Source: Azolla caroliniana (Eukaryota; Plantae; Polypodiophyta). Taken from it: 64,000 nucleotides of DNA. Each line of letters starts with the position of its first letter. The first letter of the stretch is position 1. Under the pieces are notes generated by a model. It had not been told where the DNA came from, made no database searches, and worked only from the letters and a program-made list of their open reading frames with translations. This document shows, in pieces, positions 12,861-26,770 of the stretch. The stretch spans positions 23,126,001 to 23,190,000 of the forward strand of contig JBHGNT010000005.1 of NCBI GenBank assembly GCA_043228905.1, in the 5' to 3' direction. Position numbers and translations under genes: made by a program.

Positions 12861-15800
12861 ATGGACGAAATCGAAGAGGAATTGGGTCCAAAAGAAAAGA
12901 TGAAGAGAGATTCATTTCCACAAACGACCGAGGAAGTTGCCCGAGCTGTTGTAGAGGCAGCCAAGGCGGTTAGGCCTCCGCCGTCAATAGTCTTTTCATC
13001 TAATAATAGTAGTGGAACTGGCGGAAATCGAACGCTTGAGAATTTGCAAAGACATATCACTCGAGTGTGGAGACAGGGGTTTTCTACTAAAGACATTAAA
13101 AAAGGGTTCTTCAACCCTGAACATCTCACTAGCCAAAAGAGACAGTGGATGCATCTCCAAATGCAAATGCTGGTAAGGTCTTCTTTGAGTTTGTTTGTTT
13201 ATTGTTACATCATCCTGAGCGTGTATGTGATTGGTACTTCATACATGGACAGATAATCTATTTTTTATACATTTGGTATCTATCTCGGTTAAATTTAATT
13301 GAAAAGCATGGATCATTCTATGTCTTTTTTGAAAGACAATGTTAGGTAGATGCATTGAATTTTGTCATGAATCATGCTTGCACATTTATATATTTTATTG
13401 AATTTGATTGAAATACATCGTTTTCTTTTGTATCTTTACCAAATCTCAATTGAAAATTGTGACTCTTTATTCAATAACATCAAAGCATATGGTGTCTTTA
13501 CTGCTTCTGTCTTTGTTTCATGTGTCAAATGTTAGATTGATTTGTGTCATGTGGGTTCACGAATATGTTACTACATCACACATGGAAATTTAAACAATTA
13601 ACATGCATTCTATATCTGTATCAAATCTTTCCAACAATCGTAGTCATTTTATGCCTTTATGGAAAAGCATTAAGTGTACCCACTCTTTGTGAACCATGCT
13701 AATATGTTTTATGTCTTTATTATATTTGATCAACAAAACATGGTTAAATTGTGAATTTATTGAACTTGAATGAAAAAAGCATGGTTTGTTTTGATGTTTG
13801 TATTGAAAAGATTTGGAATGTTGTTGAACTCTTTCTGAGTGATGTTAACATGGTTTACATGTCTGTAGATCGAAAAACATTGCATTTTCGTTTTCTATTT
13901 TAAGTGCAGATTGATTTATGTCAAACGGGTTCACTGAATGTAACATCTGTCATTGATGCTAATTTTTGAACTTGAATGCCTTCCCTTCGATGTGAAATTT
14001 TACTCATTAAATGATGTGGTGGTGGTCATTGATAGGGATGAAATCTGAATGACATGCGTGACTTTGTTGTTGCTTCACACATGGACTTGTGAACCATGCG
14101 GACCCATTCTGTATCTTTGTCGAAACCAAGTGAAAAGTATGGTTTGTTTTATATCTTTATCGAAAACCATCGAGAAAGTGTAAAACATCAAGAAAATGTG
14201 TAGAGAATGATTTATTTTCTGTTTCAAATGTGAGGTCATATCAGGTCACATGGGTTTACCAAACATAGTCAATGGTAATCAGTTTTTGTACATCCATTTC
14301 ATTGCTGGGTATGAAACTTGGATGGCATTCCTTGATGTCTTTTTTATCTGAGAGGTAAGTTCGGTGTTTGAAACTACTTCTTTAATCCAAATCTCCCTGA
14401 GAGCTGCTAAGTGAGAGACTTCCCAATAGTCGAGTGGAAATTCCCTTACCAATGCCATATTGCTCTCAAATAAAAAGCACTGTCAAGACTAAGGTCGTTG
14501 AGACAAATATAAAATATCATGAATGAATGTGAAACATTAAGATTCTCTATAACACCCGAGAGCATCTATTGGCCAAATTATTCATATCCTCCATTCTAAA
14601 GATTGAGGGTAGGTACAGTAGCATGGTTCTCTTAGAGGTGGCATATATGTGTAGGTTATGCTAGAACGCAGGTAAGACAACATGATACATCATAAGGCAC
14701 CCCTTAAAATGCAAAATGCTAAGGTTTTACTAAGATGCAAATTTTTCTCTTGACCAATTTTCATCTTAGTGAATGGTTCATCTTCTAAAGATTGAGGGTA
14801 GGTACAGTAGTGGTTCTCTTAGAGGTGTCATATATGCTTAGACTATGCTAGAATGCAAGTGAAGCACAGTTACTGTACCAGGTGAAGCACAGTTACTGTA
14901 CCATAGTTTTCATCTCAGTGAAGCACAGTTGCTAGAATGCAAGTGAAGCACAAGGTTTTCATCTCAGTGAAGCACAGTTACTTATTTAAACTTATCTTAT
15001 GGGCACAGAAAATTGAAAATTTACTGTAAATGAAATAAGATGACCTTATTAGGACCAGGTGCTTATTCAATAAGTGCCTGGTGTGGGAAGAATAATGTAT
15101 ATATTTGGTAGTATTGAGGATTATGATTGTTTTTTTCTTTTGTTTCTATGGAGTCTTGATACATTAATCATGTCAAAAACAAGATAAAATTTGACTATTT
15201 AAAAAAATCTAATCCCCTTTTGGACCAATAAACTGCCTATATTTTGGCAAACATATAAATGTTTTCCATTGAAATATTAACTCGATATTAAAAGTGCATT
15301 CAAGCTCTAGTTCCTTGGAGGATGGTAGAGAAACTATTAGGTAAGGCTTCAGTCATTCTAGCTGACTGATGATTTGGTGACAGCATAACAAGAAATACAA
15401 TAATGCTCCCAAATAAAGCAGAGGACAGAAATGAGTTTTATGATACACTCCTCAAATCTGGTATGATGAGGAGTTCTATTAAAATTCATTGGAGACATGA
15501 TAGCATGTACCTTTTTACATTGTATGAATGTTGATATATTAACATTACCTACTCATGGCCATTGATGACAGGAGTAGGGATGCAATAATAGCTTCTCGTC
15601 TACATGATATGTGAAGTGGTTTTGACAAAATATATACCTGTTAAGATGAACTCCTTCTAAATAGTGTAAATTGTATTTGTCTAACTTTATATTTTTGTTA
15701 TCTGCTTAATATAGTGATACATTTAGTTTATATATATTCTTCTCTTGTATAATCCTACCAATCTGAAGGAATGCTATATCCATATTTCGCAAGTTCACAA

Positions 15801-18800
15801 TGTCATTGAAGCACATCAGAGCTTCACATATATAACGCATCAGCAGGAAATAAATTCTATGTGATAGTTAATGAATGGATAAACAATCTTTTGTGCCTAG
15901 GAAATTTGTTACAGATGTTTTGTTCATGAAATGACATCAGAATTTTGGAACATGCACTTATCCTACTCCAATACAGCCCACTTTTAACTGAAAAGAAATT
16001 CGTCACATTCTATTCATCAGGAAATTGCAAATACCTCTTTCTACACTTGATATATAATTTTTTATACTGTTTTGTAAATAAGATATAAGAAATCATGTAT
16101 ATATCTCCTTAATGGCGGTTTAGAATTTAGGGTTCCATTCACTTGACAATATTTTATTTTGTATTCAGTTCGAGTGATTTATTCTAAAGGCCACCTTCTC
16201 ACCCTTTCACATAAATGTAGCTAAATGTATGTGTATATGTCTATTTATATATATTGTTGTTCTAGGACCCTAAATAAATGTCTACATGAATGTGTTTGCA
16301 TGAGCATATCATAGGCTGTGGATATGGAAATAGGCGTTGGAGAAATCATTTGTGTATATTATGAACTATAAAATTTGAGGCCATAGCTGAACATAGTCAC
16401 TGATATGATTTATAAATTCTGGTGTTGCAGGAGAGGAAAAAATGGAGTGAACCTGGCTGCCTATTTGAACACATGGTTGTGGTAGGTATTCACCCACAAG
16501 CAGAGACTCAAGGATTAGAAGCAGCTCTTCTAAAGAGAAGAACTTGGGAAAGGGATCTTGATGCTCCTGAGCATCTTAGAGATGTTATGAGGCAAAAATT
16601 TCAGGGTACAGCGCCTCCTGTTCCAGATCCGGAGGTATCATATTTGGATTTCATCATCTGCACCTATGGTCTAATAGTTTTTTTTGTATGATAAAAGCTA
16701 ATAGGATACTTGTTGCAGATTCTTTTTCAATTTCCACCTCGAACGGGATTGCCAATGAGGCAGAAAGACTTGCTTGCCTTTTGTTTCCCAGGTGGCGTGG
16801 AAGTGAGTATGGATAAATGACTTAATAATTGAAAAGATGGAGAAACGTGAGGCATTGCGAGGGGGGAGTGGCCTTAAACATGAGAAATGGACCAGAGGTC
16901 ATTAGGAAACACTCACCATTAGAAGAACAAATGTATCTGATTGAATCAAATATGTGACAGAGCTACCCTGCAGAATGTATGCTGCAGAATAAGAGTGACT
17001 AATAAATCAAATCGAATTGTGACAGCTAAAGCCTGTATTAAAGATATAGGGAAGGGGAATTTGTATTTGCTGTTCTTTTTTTCAAATTTCTATATGTTAT
17101 CCTCTTTCCTTCCAGTTCCATGTGATCAAGAAAATCCTACAACATTTACTAGACATTTTCATCATTTTCTGGTCATTCATGAGTCATAATATACCAGGTA
17201 CTTGAATCATGACAGAGTTTCTTACTCGTTTGATTTATGATCTGAATGATTTGGCAAAGTCTGTATTCACATTAATGGTGTTATTTCCTGACATTTTTCA
17301 AATGATATAGCATAATAGCTCTCTGTATTATTGCCATGGGGCTAACATCTAAATTCAAATTTTGCTGATCTTGCCAATTATTTTAAGCAGTATATGAGTG
17401 GTTCCCCTTGTTAGTGGCCTTACCTGATGGAGAAAATATCTAATATGTGGACTATGCATTATGTAGGCAGCATTATCCATATATGCTCAATATGATCATG
17501 TATAAGAACCTTAGCTTATTATTGTTTTCCTTCCTAAAAGAGGGATATTTGACTTAAATGATGTAGGCGCATTTGGTGGAGCGTACGCCATCATTAAGCG
17601 AGTTGAATGAAATAGTCTATAGTCAGGTATCCCTATTGTGAGAAAGCAATGTGGATTCTGTCAGTTAATTTTTCTTATAAAATGTAGGTCTTAATGGCGT
17701 TTTCTTATTCAATTTCTTATTTGTAGGATTATGTCATGCGAGACGATCTTTCATTCATTTTTCTCCTAAAGGTTTGTAAATTTACATAAAGAAAAAGACC
17801 ATAGATTGTGAGCCTATTTGTAACTTAATAGCTGTTTTTTTCATCCATGTAAACTAACATATGAAAGTATGATTCAGGTTGCAGATAATGCGACATTATA
17901 TGGAGTCTGCATTTATGTTCCAGAATTAGTGAAGCAACCACCTGGAATCACAAGACCGTATTCAGATGCTGAACACAGACACAGGCCTAAACCTCTTGGT
18001 CGGTTTTCCTTGACCACATATCGATGTTACTGTCTTCTGACAAAATTACCTTTCTTCGATCTTCATTTTGAAGTCTTGAACAGGTCTTTTCTTTTTTTAT
18101 AAACAGCTTTCTGGTTTGTAATTACATTTTTATAAATATTGAACCATGCTTTTCAACTATGACTTGCAGTATCATCACCCAAGAGAGATTAGATAGAATT
18201 ACTGAGCATGTTAATGAGATGACAGTAGGTTCTCTTGACAATAGCGAGAGTGGAGAAAGTTTGGAAATGAGCAGATTGTCACCATTAAATTTGGGGAAGA
18301 AGGCCGACAAAATTGAGCAGAACATTAATTTCTCCTCGCCAGAAGAAAATTCTAATGTCAGACTTCATCCAGAAAAACCATTGACATCCGTAGAGGAAGA
18401 GCAAAGCCATTACAAGCCTGCAATTGATGTGGGTTGTAATGGATGTGATTTATTGGAAGCAAATGATCCAGAATCAGCTTCACAAGTTAGTGGAATGAAT
18501 TATCAAAAGGTGCAAGAGCACAATAATGGAGACAATTCGGTTGTCTTAAGTTCAATGCAGAATAAACAAGTAGAATCATCTTATCATGAACTTTTGGAGG
18601 AGACAGAGTCTTCTTCAATCATTGCGGGTAGGCTTCAACGTGTTGAAAGTCAAGAATCCATCGGCAGGTATTTTATTATTTCTGTCTCTGAAACAGGGGT
18701 ATATCACTTCAGTAAAATGATCATCTATCTCTCACGACACATCTTTGTAGCTTTAGACAAAGTGTCAACTCTGAAGATGATGATGGAGCCGAGTCTTGTT

Positions 18801-21800
18801 GCAGCCACAAATATAATGTTGACTCTTTTCCAGAGGTATAAACTAGATGCTTACTACGTGAATGTAATACACTTGACTTGTAAGATTGATCTAATTCTCC
18901 ACTCCTTTAGGTTGATAATTACCTATTACAAATTCTGTACAAATACTACAATCTTCCTGTCCCCGCAAGGGGTTCTTCACTATCATTTCAACCTCTAGAA
19001 CACCTACCTCCATTGGACTTCACAAGGCCTGTGAATGAAACTTCAACATTGCTTGGGGGAAGGACAATTCACTTAAAGCAGTGTCGGTCAATGTTAGAAG
19101 TGGTCGAGGTATGTTAGTATCTTCATTGCAACGTGTTCTCATACCGAGTGTTGATACACCTCTAGTTAATGTCTTCTTTTTCTTTTAATTGTTTGATCTT
19201 TCATAGGTGTTGTCAATTATGGTGAAATGTCACTTTTAGATTTGGAATTGTTGCTTTGACTCTAAATCTGAAATTCTAGGATGGTTTATTGATTGTTACC
19301 AATTATAATATGTTTGCTTCTTTATGTGTTATCATGTGTTATCGCTATAATTGTAGAATTGACGAGCTCTTTTTGCATTTTACAATCTGATTGTTAATAA
19401 TTGGTCTTAATTAATGTGATTGACAGGTGCAAAATAGCTTGGCTAACGCTGAAGAAGCTGCAGCTATCTCAATTTGGACCATTGCAACTATATGTCGAGT
19501 GTTATCCCTTGAGAATGTGAGTGACAGAGACGTCTTCAGGATTGGCAGCTTATAATTGAGTCATTAATGTGGTATACACTAGAACATAACTGTTGGTGTG
19601 AATCTCTAATCCCTTTAGAAATATTGAGGATTTTTAGGTTATAATCAAGTCAATAATGTGGTATACACTAAAAATCAATGTTGGGTTAAGTCTCGAAAAA
19701 CCCTTGTTAATGTGAGTGACGTCTTGTGGATTGGCAGCGTATCATCAAGTTATTAATGTGGTATATGCTAGAAGATAAATGTTGGATTAAGTCCCTACAA
19801 TCATCAAACACCTTATATGCAGATTTAGCATATATGCATTCTAGAAATCAGAAATCATAAATGCATCATGTTCCTAAACATTAGTGACATCTGAACCCAT
19901 AGGGTGCAATTATTTACTGTATGATTGTATGGTTGTGCTATCATTTATTAAGGTTTATCTATGTTCTGTCCACCTCTTAAAGCTGGTTTCATTTCAGGTG
20001 CTTGCGTTGTTTACTTGTGTGCTGTTGGAGAAACAGGTTGTGGTAGTTTGTCCAAATGTGGTAAGGAGCCACTGAGTGGATTATAAGTTAAAACTGTGTC
20101 CCAAAGATGCTATTTATTTATGTTTCAAATTTACAGGGTGTGCTCTCAGCAGTGGTGTTATCCATAATTCCATTGATCCAACCTTTCCAATGGCAAAGTC
20201 TTGTGCTGCCGGTGAGGGAATCTACTATATCCATCAAGGCCAAACCTCATTTATGTTTTTAAACTTGTATATGCCGAAGAAAATGATCTGTAATTAATAT
20301 AACCTATATCTGAATTCAGATACTCCCCAACCAGATGCTGGACTTTTTGGATGCACCGGTTCCATATATTGCAAGTTTTCTTTACTTTTAAACTTTGATT
20401 TCTTTTGTGTTATTTGGCTATTTTAGGATGCAAGGGTGTTAACTCTTCATGGTATATTGGCTGTAATAATGGGTGTTATTGTACTCGCCAAATATACACA
20501 CACTTTATGTCATCTTGCCTGTGATATAAAACTTGAGGGTTCTCAGGACTTGCTGAGATTCTAAACACAAACATAGTGATTCAAGTTTCTTAGTTTGACT
20601 TATATCTTGTACATGGTATTTGTATAATGATTTTGGAACCTTACATTTTGCAGGTAGGTGTATTGCAGAAGTCTTCTGCATTGCGTGCAAAATCATCTAG
20701 TGTGGTAATTGTGAATGTTCAAAGGGACAAGGTACAAACTCATTTGGTTCTCATTTCTAAGGAAAGGGTTTTTACAACCAATTTGCTACTATGACGTTAT
20801 GCTCTAACTTAAAAGTTTAAATTATACAGGTTTCTATGCCATATACTCCTTCCTTACCACATCGGAGAGAACTTAGTTCAGCTTTAGAGCCATATCATGC
20901 AAAACTTGCTGCAGAAGTAAATTTTGCCAAAAGGCACCCTGTCCATGTATGTAACAGGGAACAGGTATGTGATGTGTTTGCAATGAGGTGTTTATAACTG
21001 TAGAATTTGAGAGTAGTTGGAATTGATTCTTAGTATCCATTCCCTGTTTGACAGTCGAATGCAGCTGAAGGCTTCTTGGTTGTCTTAAGAAGCTACTTGG
21101 AATCACTTTGCAAAAATTTGCGTGCTCATACTATTACAAATGTTCAGTCAAATAATGACAAGGTATGCATTTAAGAGCTGGAATCATCTCAATGATGAGG
21201 TTTAGAGCAGCTGCTTGGAATCATGTTGCAAAAATCTGTATGTTCATACTATTATGTGCTGGAATCATAGTTTAAAGCATTCATGAATTCATCCATCATA
21301 ATCCCCCTCTAGAGGAAATGAATGATGATACTGAATAATGAGGTTTAGAGCATGAATACATTCGTCAACTAGTTCTCTTCTCATGCATAATATAGAGGTA
21401 TGCTATGCTTGATTTATCTGTCATATTCCCAAACACTCATTGAAAGCATGGGACTCAAGGTTTGATGCTTGAAAGAATATTGTCAGCATTGTTGTAAAAT
21501 ACTTAGCATAAAATACATGTAGAATATGTATTCTTAGTATTCTACATGTATTCTAACTTTAAAAAAAATTAAAATTAGAATATGTATTTTATAGATAAAA
21601 TAAATTAAATACTTAGAAATTTAGAATACGTGTAGAATACTTAGAATACATGTAGAATACTTCAAATACATGTAGAATACTAGAATACGTGTAAAATACG
21701 TTAAATACTTCTTAAATTTTAAAGTTTGTTTTTCAAAAAAATTAAATTAAATTTTTTTGAAATGATAAATACTTGTTAAATACGTAGAATATGTCAAATT

Positions 21801-22427
21801 TCAAAAAATGGCAGTTCTAAAACGTAGAATTGTCAGAGTATTCTAAAACATACTCTAAACGTAGAATACGCGTTTCTTAACAAATGTGATTGTCAGCGAC
21901 TAATTTGGAACTGGTGCTTGTAAGACCAATTGAGAAGACATTAGAATGTTGTGGTGGTATCCATAATTTGTCTTTCAAAGACCAAAATGAGATATGAGAA
22001 CTGAGATACATTTGATTATGGGAGTTTTTATGAAGAATTTATATGAGAATTTGATTGTTGGTATCTTGTTTCTGATATAATTTCTCATTCACTTTCTCAG
22101 GTTTCATTGCTTCTAAAGGATAGTTTTGTGGAGGATTTTGAAAGTAAAGATCATCCTTATATGAAGGTGGTCTTTTTCTTATTTCTCGATGAATTTGAAT
22201 CTTTCGTAGTGACACATTCTGCCATGCTACTGTTTACTAGTCAGGATTTATTCATGTGCCTCATAACATTATGCAAAATGCATGTTGGCTAATTTCTCTT
22301 TTGGTTTACATATCATTAACTATCCTCTAACAAGTATCTACGCCGTGAATGAAAGCAGCTGTTCGTGGATACACAACTCTTCTCTGTCCATACAGATGCG
22401 GTTCTATCTTTTATTGAGAGCACGTGA
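12861..22427 (+). CDS. DENN (AEX-3) domain-containing protein, putative Rab GEF, 18 coding exons
   Basis: Exons 12861-13172, 16431-16634, 16719-16802, 17567-17626, 17727-17771, 17878-18083, 18170-18667, 18751-18835, 18911-19108, 19427-19516, 19998-20060, 20137-20211, 20320-20370, 20654-20731, 20830-20964, 21055-21162, 22101-22166, 22359-22427; motifs LFEHMVVVG, AFCFPGGV, TLYGVC, RCYCLLTKLPFFDLHF, LLEKQVVVVCPN, FLDAPVPYIVG, FVDTQLFS. Start codon less certain. Confidence 0.9.
21487..21888. mobile_element. Intronic hAT-like MITE
   Basis: 8-bp TSD ATTGTCAG (21479-21486 / 21889-21896); imperfect TIR CATTGTTGTAAA / TTAACAAATGTG; many internal TAGAATAC repeats. Confidence 0.75.
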
Positions 22428-23189
22428 AGACTTATCTACATACTGTACAATCAATTTTATCATGAGTATCCCTCCCCCCAAGGTTTACAAGAATGTTAGG
22501 CAAGTAACCGGGGCATACATAAGCCAATTGAGCTTGTAGCCTACCTAGTGTATACTAATATGGATCTAGATGAATTGCTAGGCACAGTAAATTTTTGCTG
22601 CTGTGCATTCATACTATATCATATCCCAAATGTAAACCGTGGAATGCTATATATCCTAAACATTTGTAACATTAGATTGATTCTTGGCAAGTGCAAAAGT
22701 GTGCTTTCCAACTATAGTTTGATTCTTGGCAAGTGCAAAAATATCTGAATTCTTGCTATCTTATGAAAGTCGTATTGTATTTGATGCCTAGACTTTGTTG
22801 AAACTCTGAATTCAAGTGTCATGCCAAGTCTCCAATTACACGATTATGGGTGTGGCAGCATTGTGCATGGATGTTGAAATTGCCATGGAATGGTGCATTG
22901 GAATTTATAAATTTCTCTATATTTAACCATCACGTACAATTGCAAGGAATTTTAGATTACTTCTAACTATTTGTCTCATAAAGACAAAGCAGAGAGTGTT
23001 GCATAAGCTAAGTATGAAGAAGATTCCAACTACAAAGCATATATACGATGCAATAAAAGTGCACCATCTAATGAGTAATCTTGTTGAAAATGATTATGGA
23101 TGTACAATGATTTGGTTTTGTCTTTGTAAGACAACAAATCATTTGCAATTTTGGATCATGTCATTATGTCCATGAATGTGCTACGCGTC

Positions 23190-24088
23190 CCTTAAGAGGT
23201 AGGAAAGAGAGCATATTATACATTTGAGAGCACGTGCAATCATGGAGATATTAAGCGTTGGGTGCTCGAGAAGTATCTTTTCGACACTTTGGTGACACCA
23301 GTGATTCTTTATAGGGTGGAAGTATAGGGTGGTTTAATCTCGAAAACTACTTGGAAAGAGTTTGAAAATGTCCAAAAACATTTTCTTACAAAGTTTCTAC
23401 AAGTTAAGAAACAAACATCATACACCCTCCTCCTTGAGACAAGATCACTTTTCATTGAGATCATGACCATAAAAAGGGATGTTGAATGCATGCTTAAGGT
23501 TCAAAAAAGCTCCCTCACATCGGCTTCCTAGAATTGCATGGGAAACAAGCAAAAAAAATCCAAAAGACGCATAAAGGCAAATTTTCATATTCTAGTTGGA
23601 TGTAAGATATGGAAAATTGGTTTGGTAGATAGGATACACACATTTGCTTCATGATGCATCACTACAAAACCATATTCTTCGCATAATGGGGAATCTGTAC
23701 ATATGGATACATATTAGAGCCCATCCCATTGTCTACCATTCGAACCATTGTTTCCATGCAACTTATCTAACATGCATTCCGATATGAGACGGGGAATTGG
23801 GGCATAACTAATGAGAGTGGTCGACTATGCACACTTTGCCCTAAACAAGTTTGAGAGTCTGAGTATCACACTTTGATACAATGTTTTTCCTTTGATCATA
23901 TTCTACCATGCGTTCCACACATCTTTAACTAAGCCCAATCCTTGCATGAATTTCTCTCACAACCAAAATGTGCACTCTCGAATGCAACTTTCATTGGTAA
24001 AGTGCTTGAGCATCAAGAGTCGGTACTCACTTTCACATGTATCACGTGAAATGTAACATTCTTAGTCTAATAGGTCATATTTGACGAT

Positions 24089-24137
<49 letters not shown>

Positions 24138-25155
24138 AATGAAGGTATCCAAGGTTGGCACTTATGTCATTAAGACAACTGATTAAAAATAGAGACATTC
24201 ATTGTTGGTATGCTTAAATGCATCAATGGTTCAAGTCACATGACATGGGTATAAATGCACACCCCCACACATCAGAGGATGGATTCATCATCATGCCACC
24301 TTATCTAGACATACATCTATCCTATGCGTTGCCCAGTGTGATAGGGCAACTGCGAACTTCATCACATCGGTTACAGATTGAGGTAGGCAGGTAGATATAC
24401 ACGAATACCTCTAGAAGAAAGAATTTGCCAATTGTGTCATCAAGGAGTGGAATCCGAAAAACACTATATTTGTCACTATAGTATCTTTTATGAAATTAGA
24501 GAGAGATACCATTGCCTCTTTAAACAAGGCTTTGGCCCATTACGCAAGGTAATGGAATATGAGGACCAATGGTGCCTATGCCTTTTCTTGCTAGAGTTGA
24601 GGAGACATCGGGAAAAGTTGTTGAAGAATACAGCCACACAAGCTCATCCGCAAAGAACAATCACAACTTTCTTTAGCCCCATCACTCCTACTAATGCTAC
24701 AAGTAAATCAAGGGATACATAAATGGGCTCCCGACCAAGACATAACAAAGGGGTTACAATTGAACGAGCAATAGCAATTTGTCGTGCACGTACGCCTTGG
24801 CCCCATGGACCATGACCTCAACACCTTTGTCATCGACAGATAAAAGCCATTATCTCTCACCATCACAGATGCTTCCCTCGCTTTGGAGACCTTTCCGTTC
24901 TGGATCAACCTATGCTAGAGATCTTTAGAAGACAAAAGCTACTATATATCTAATTAAAGAATCTCACATGTGCCAAAAATCAGATTCCCTCGTCTCTTCT
25001 TATCTTATTTACTTTTATATTTACGGAGTAATATTTATTTTCTTTTGATTTGTTGTTCTCAAAGACGAGACAACACTTAAGATCTAACCTCTTGTTTGGT
25101 CTTATAGGCCATTTTGGCCTCTTAAAAGATGTTAATCTCTCTCTCTCTCTCTCTC
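23190..25155 (+). mobile_element. Chain of degenerate non-LTR retrotransposon 3' fragments ending in (TC)n
   Basis: LFDTLVTPVILY..VE.. near 23280; RLCTLCP..ESEYHTLIQC near 23820; QLRTSSHRLQIEVGR...EERICQLCHQGVESEKHYIC near 24350-24480; (CT)n at 24092-24136 and 25136-25155. Confidence 0.75.
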
Positions 25156-25249
25156 CCATTTCTGTTCATTTCTGCATGTTTAGGCAATGTGTTTTGATAT
25201 TGTGGTGATAAGTTATGATCGATTCTCTTAGTTGTCTTCACGACTCCAT

Positions 25250-26460
25250 TTTTCTTGCAACTAAAGTTACATTCTCCTTTACTTGTCTATTCATCAGTAG
25301 TAAATATGCCAAGGGGTGCAAGAGCTATTGATGATGTAAATGAAAGCCCAAAGAAGGATGTGCCTAATCTATCCAATAAGAAACTAGTGACCATTTATAT
25401 ATCTATGCAAGAAATAGTTATTAATTTGCAAAACAAAATACATGCTTGTAAAGAAACAGAATTAAATATTCAACATGCACTGGAGATTCAAAATATAGCG
25501 ATGAAAAGTTCGAAAGAGGAACTACATGCAATGAAAATTTGGATGTTTGAACTTGAAAATGTAAATCTAGAAGCAAAAAAGAGATGCTAATGAAGGCAAA
25601 TGTTGAAATGAAATCTACACTTGAAGGAAAGGAAGATGTCATTGTGACAAAGTGGAAAGATGTGCTCCTAAGAGAAGCACCAAAGTCCTTAGTACACAAG
25701 AAGCTTGCAATGTATTCTAACACTACAAATAGACAAGATACAAACGAGCAATATAAAATTGAAAGAAGAAAGAATAATGTTGTTATAGAGGCATGCAAAA
25801 AACTAAATCAAATAATACACTTTCTCTTGTAGAAAATATTACAAAATTCTTTGGAGTTTGTTTTACTATGCAAGATGTTATTGTATATGCCACACATAGG
25901 GTGGTTAATAAAATGGTAGAATGAACATTTTATCGAGCTATTGTTTGTACAGTCCTAGATGAACGCAAAAGAGCTATCATTTTAGATAGTAGTAGGGTGT
26001 ATCTCAAGAGTATAGGTTTCTTTATAATGGAGGATCAAACCCCAAAAGAACAAGAATGTAGAAGGCAAAGGAATTCAATATGCATATCAAGTAATGACCC
26101 ATGGGACTACACATACCTCAATTTTGAAAATCATGTTTTCGAATTGCAGAGGATATCCATGGGATAAGGGATTAGGACTAAGTGATCTAGTGCAAGGTAT
26201 TTGTTATATATTTGGTTGAAACTTGGGAGCATGGTGCAAAACACATACCTAAGAGAGACAACTACCTTATAAAGTCGATATGGCCTCACTCTAAAAGGAA
26301 TATATGGACGTGCAAGGATAGCATGTATTTACCATGAGAGCTTAGATAATTATATAAGATTATGTAAGTATGATGATTATAAGTGATACCTATGGATGGA
26401 GATTAATTTGGGCAAACAAAACCTCTACATATCTACATGATATATTCCATAAACTATATT
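25250..26460 (+). mobile_element. Degenerate LINE 5' part: ORF1-like coiled-coil/RRM and start of APE endonuclease
   Basis: ERRKNNVVIE in ORF 25584-25832; NCRGYPWDKG and LVETWE at ~26140-26230. Confidence 0.65.
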
Positions 26461-26770
26461 TGGGTTAGAATGTGATGACCCTTTCGTATGCCAAGATATA
26501 CTTGTTTTTGCGAAGCTTGCTAAAGTGTTGATTATAGGATAGTTTAATTTTAGAGTTCGAAAAACCAAAATATGGAGATATCGAGAGGTATAGTGGATCT
26601 TTGTCTTTTGAGTGATTTAAAATGACTGAATTGTGACAGAACATGGAAGAATTCTTATACATATGCTTAACTGCACAAAGTTGATACAATTGTTAAACAC
26701 CTTGAAGAACCCAAGACCAAATTTAACCATCACATTCTATAGAAAGTCCATATTCCACTCAATCACATCA

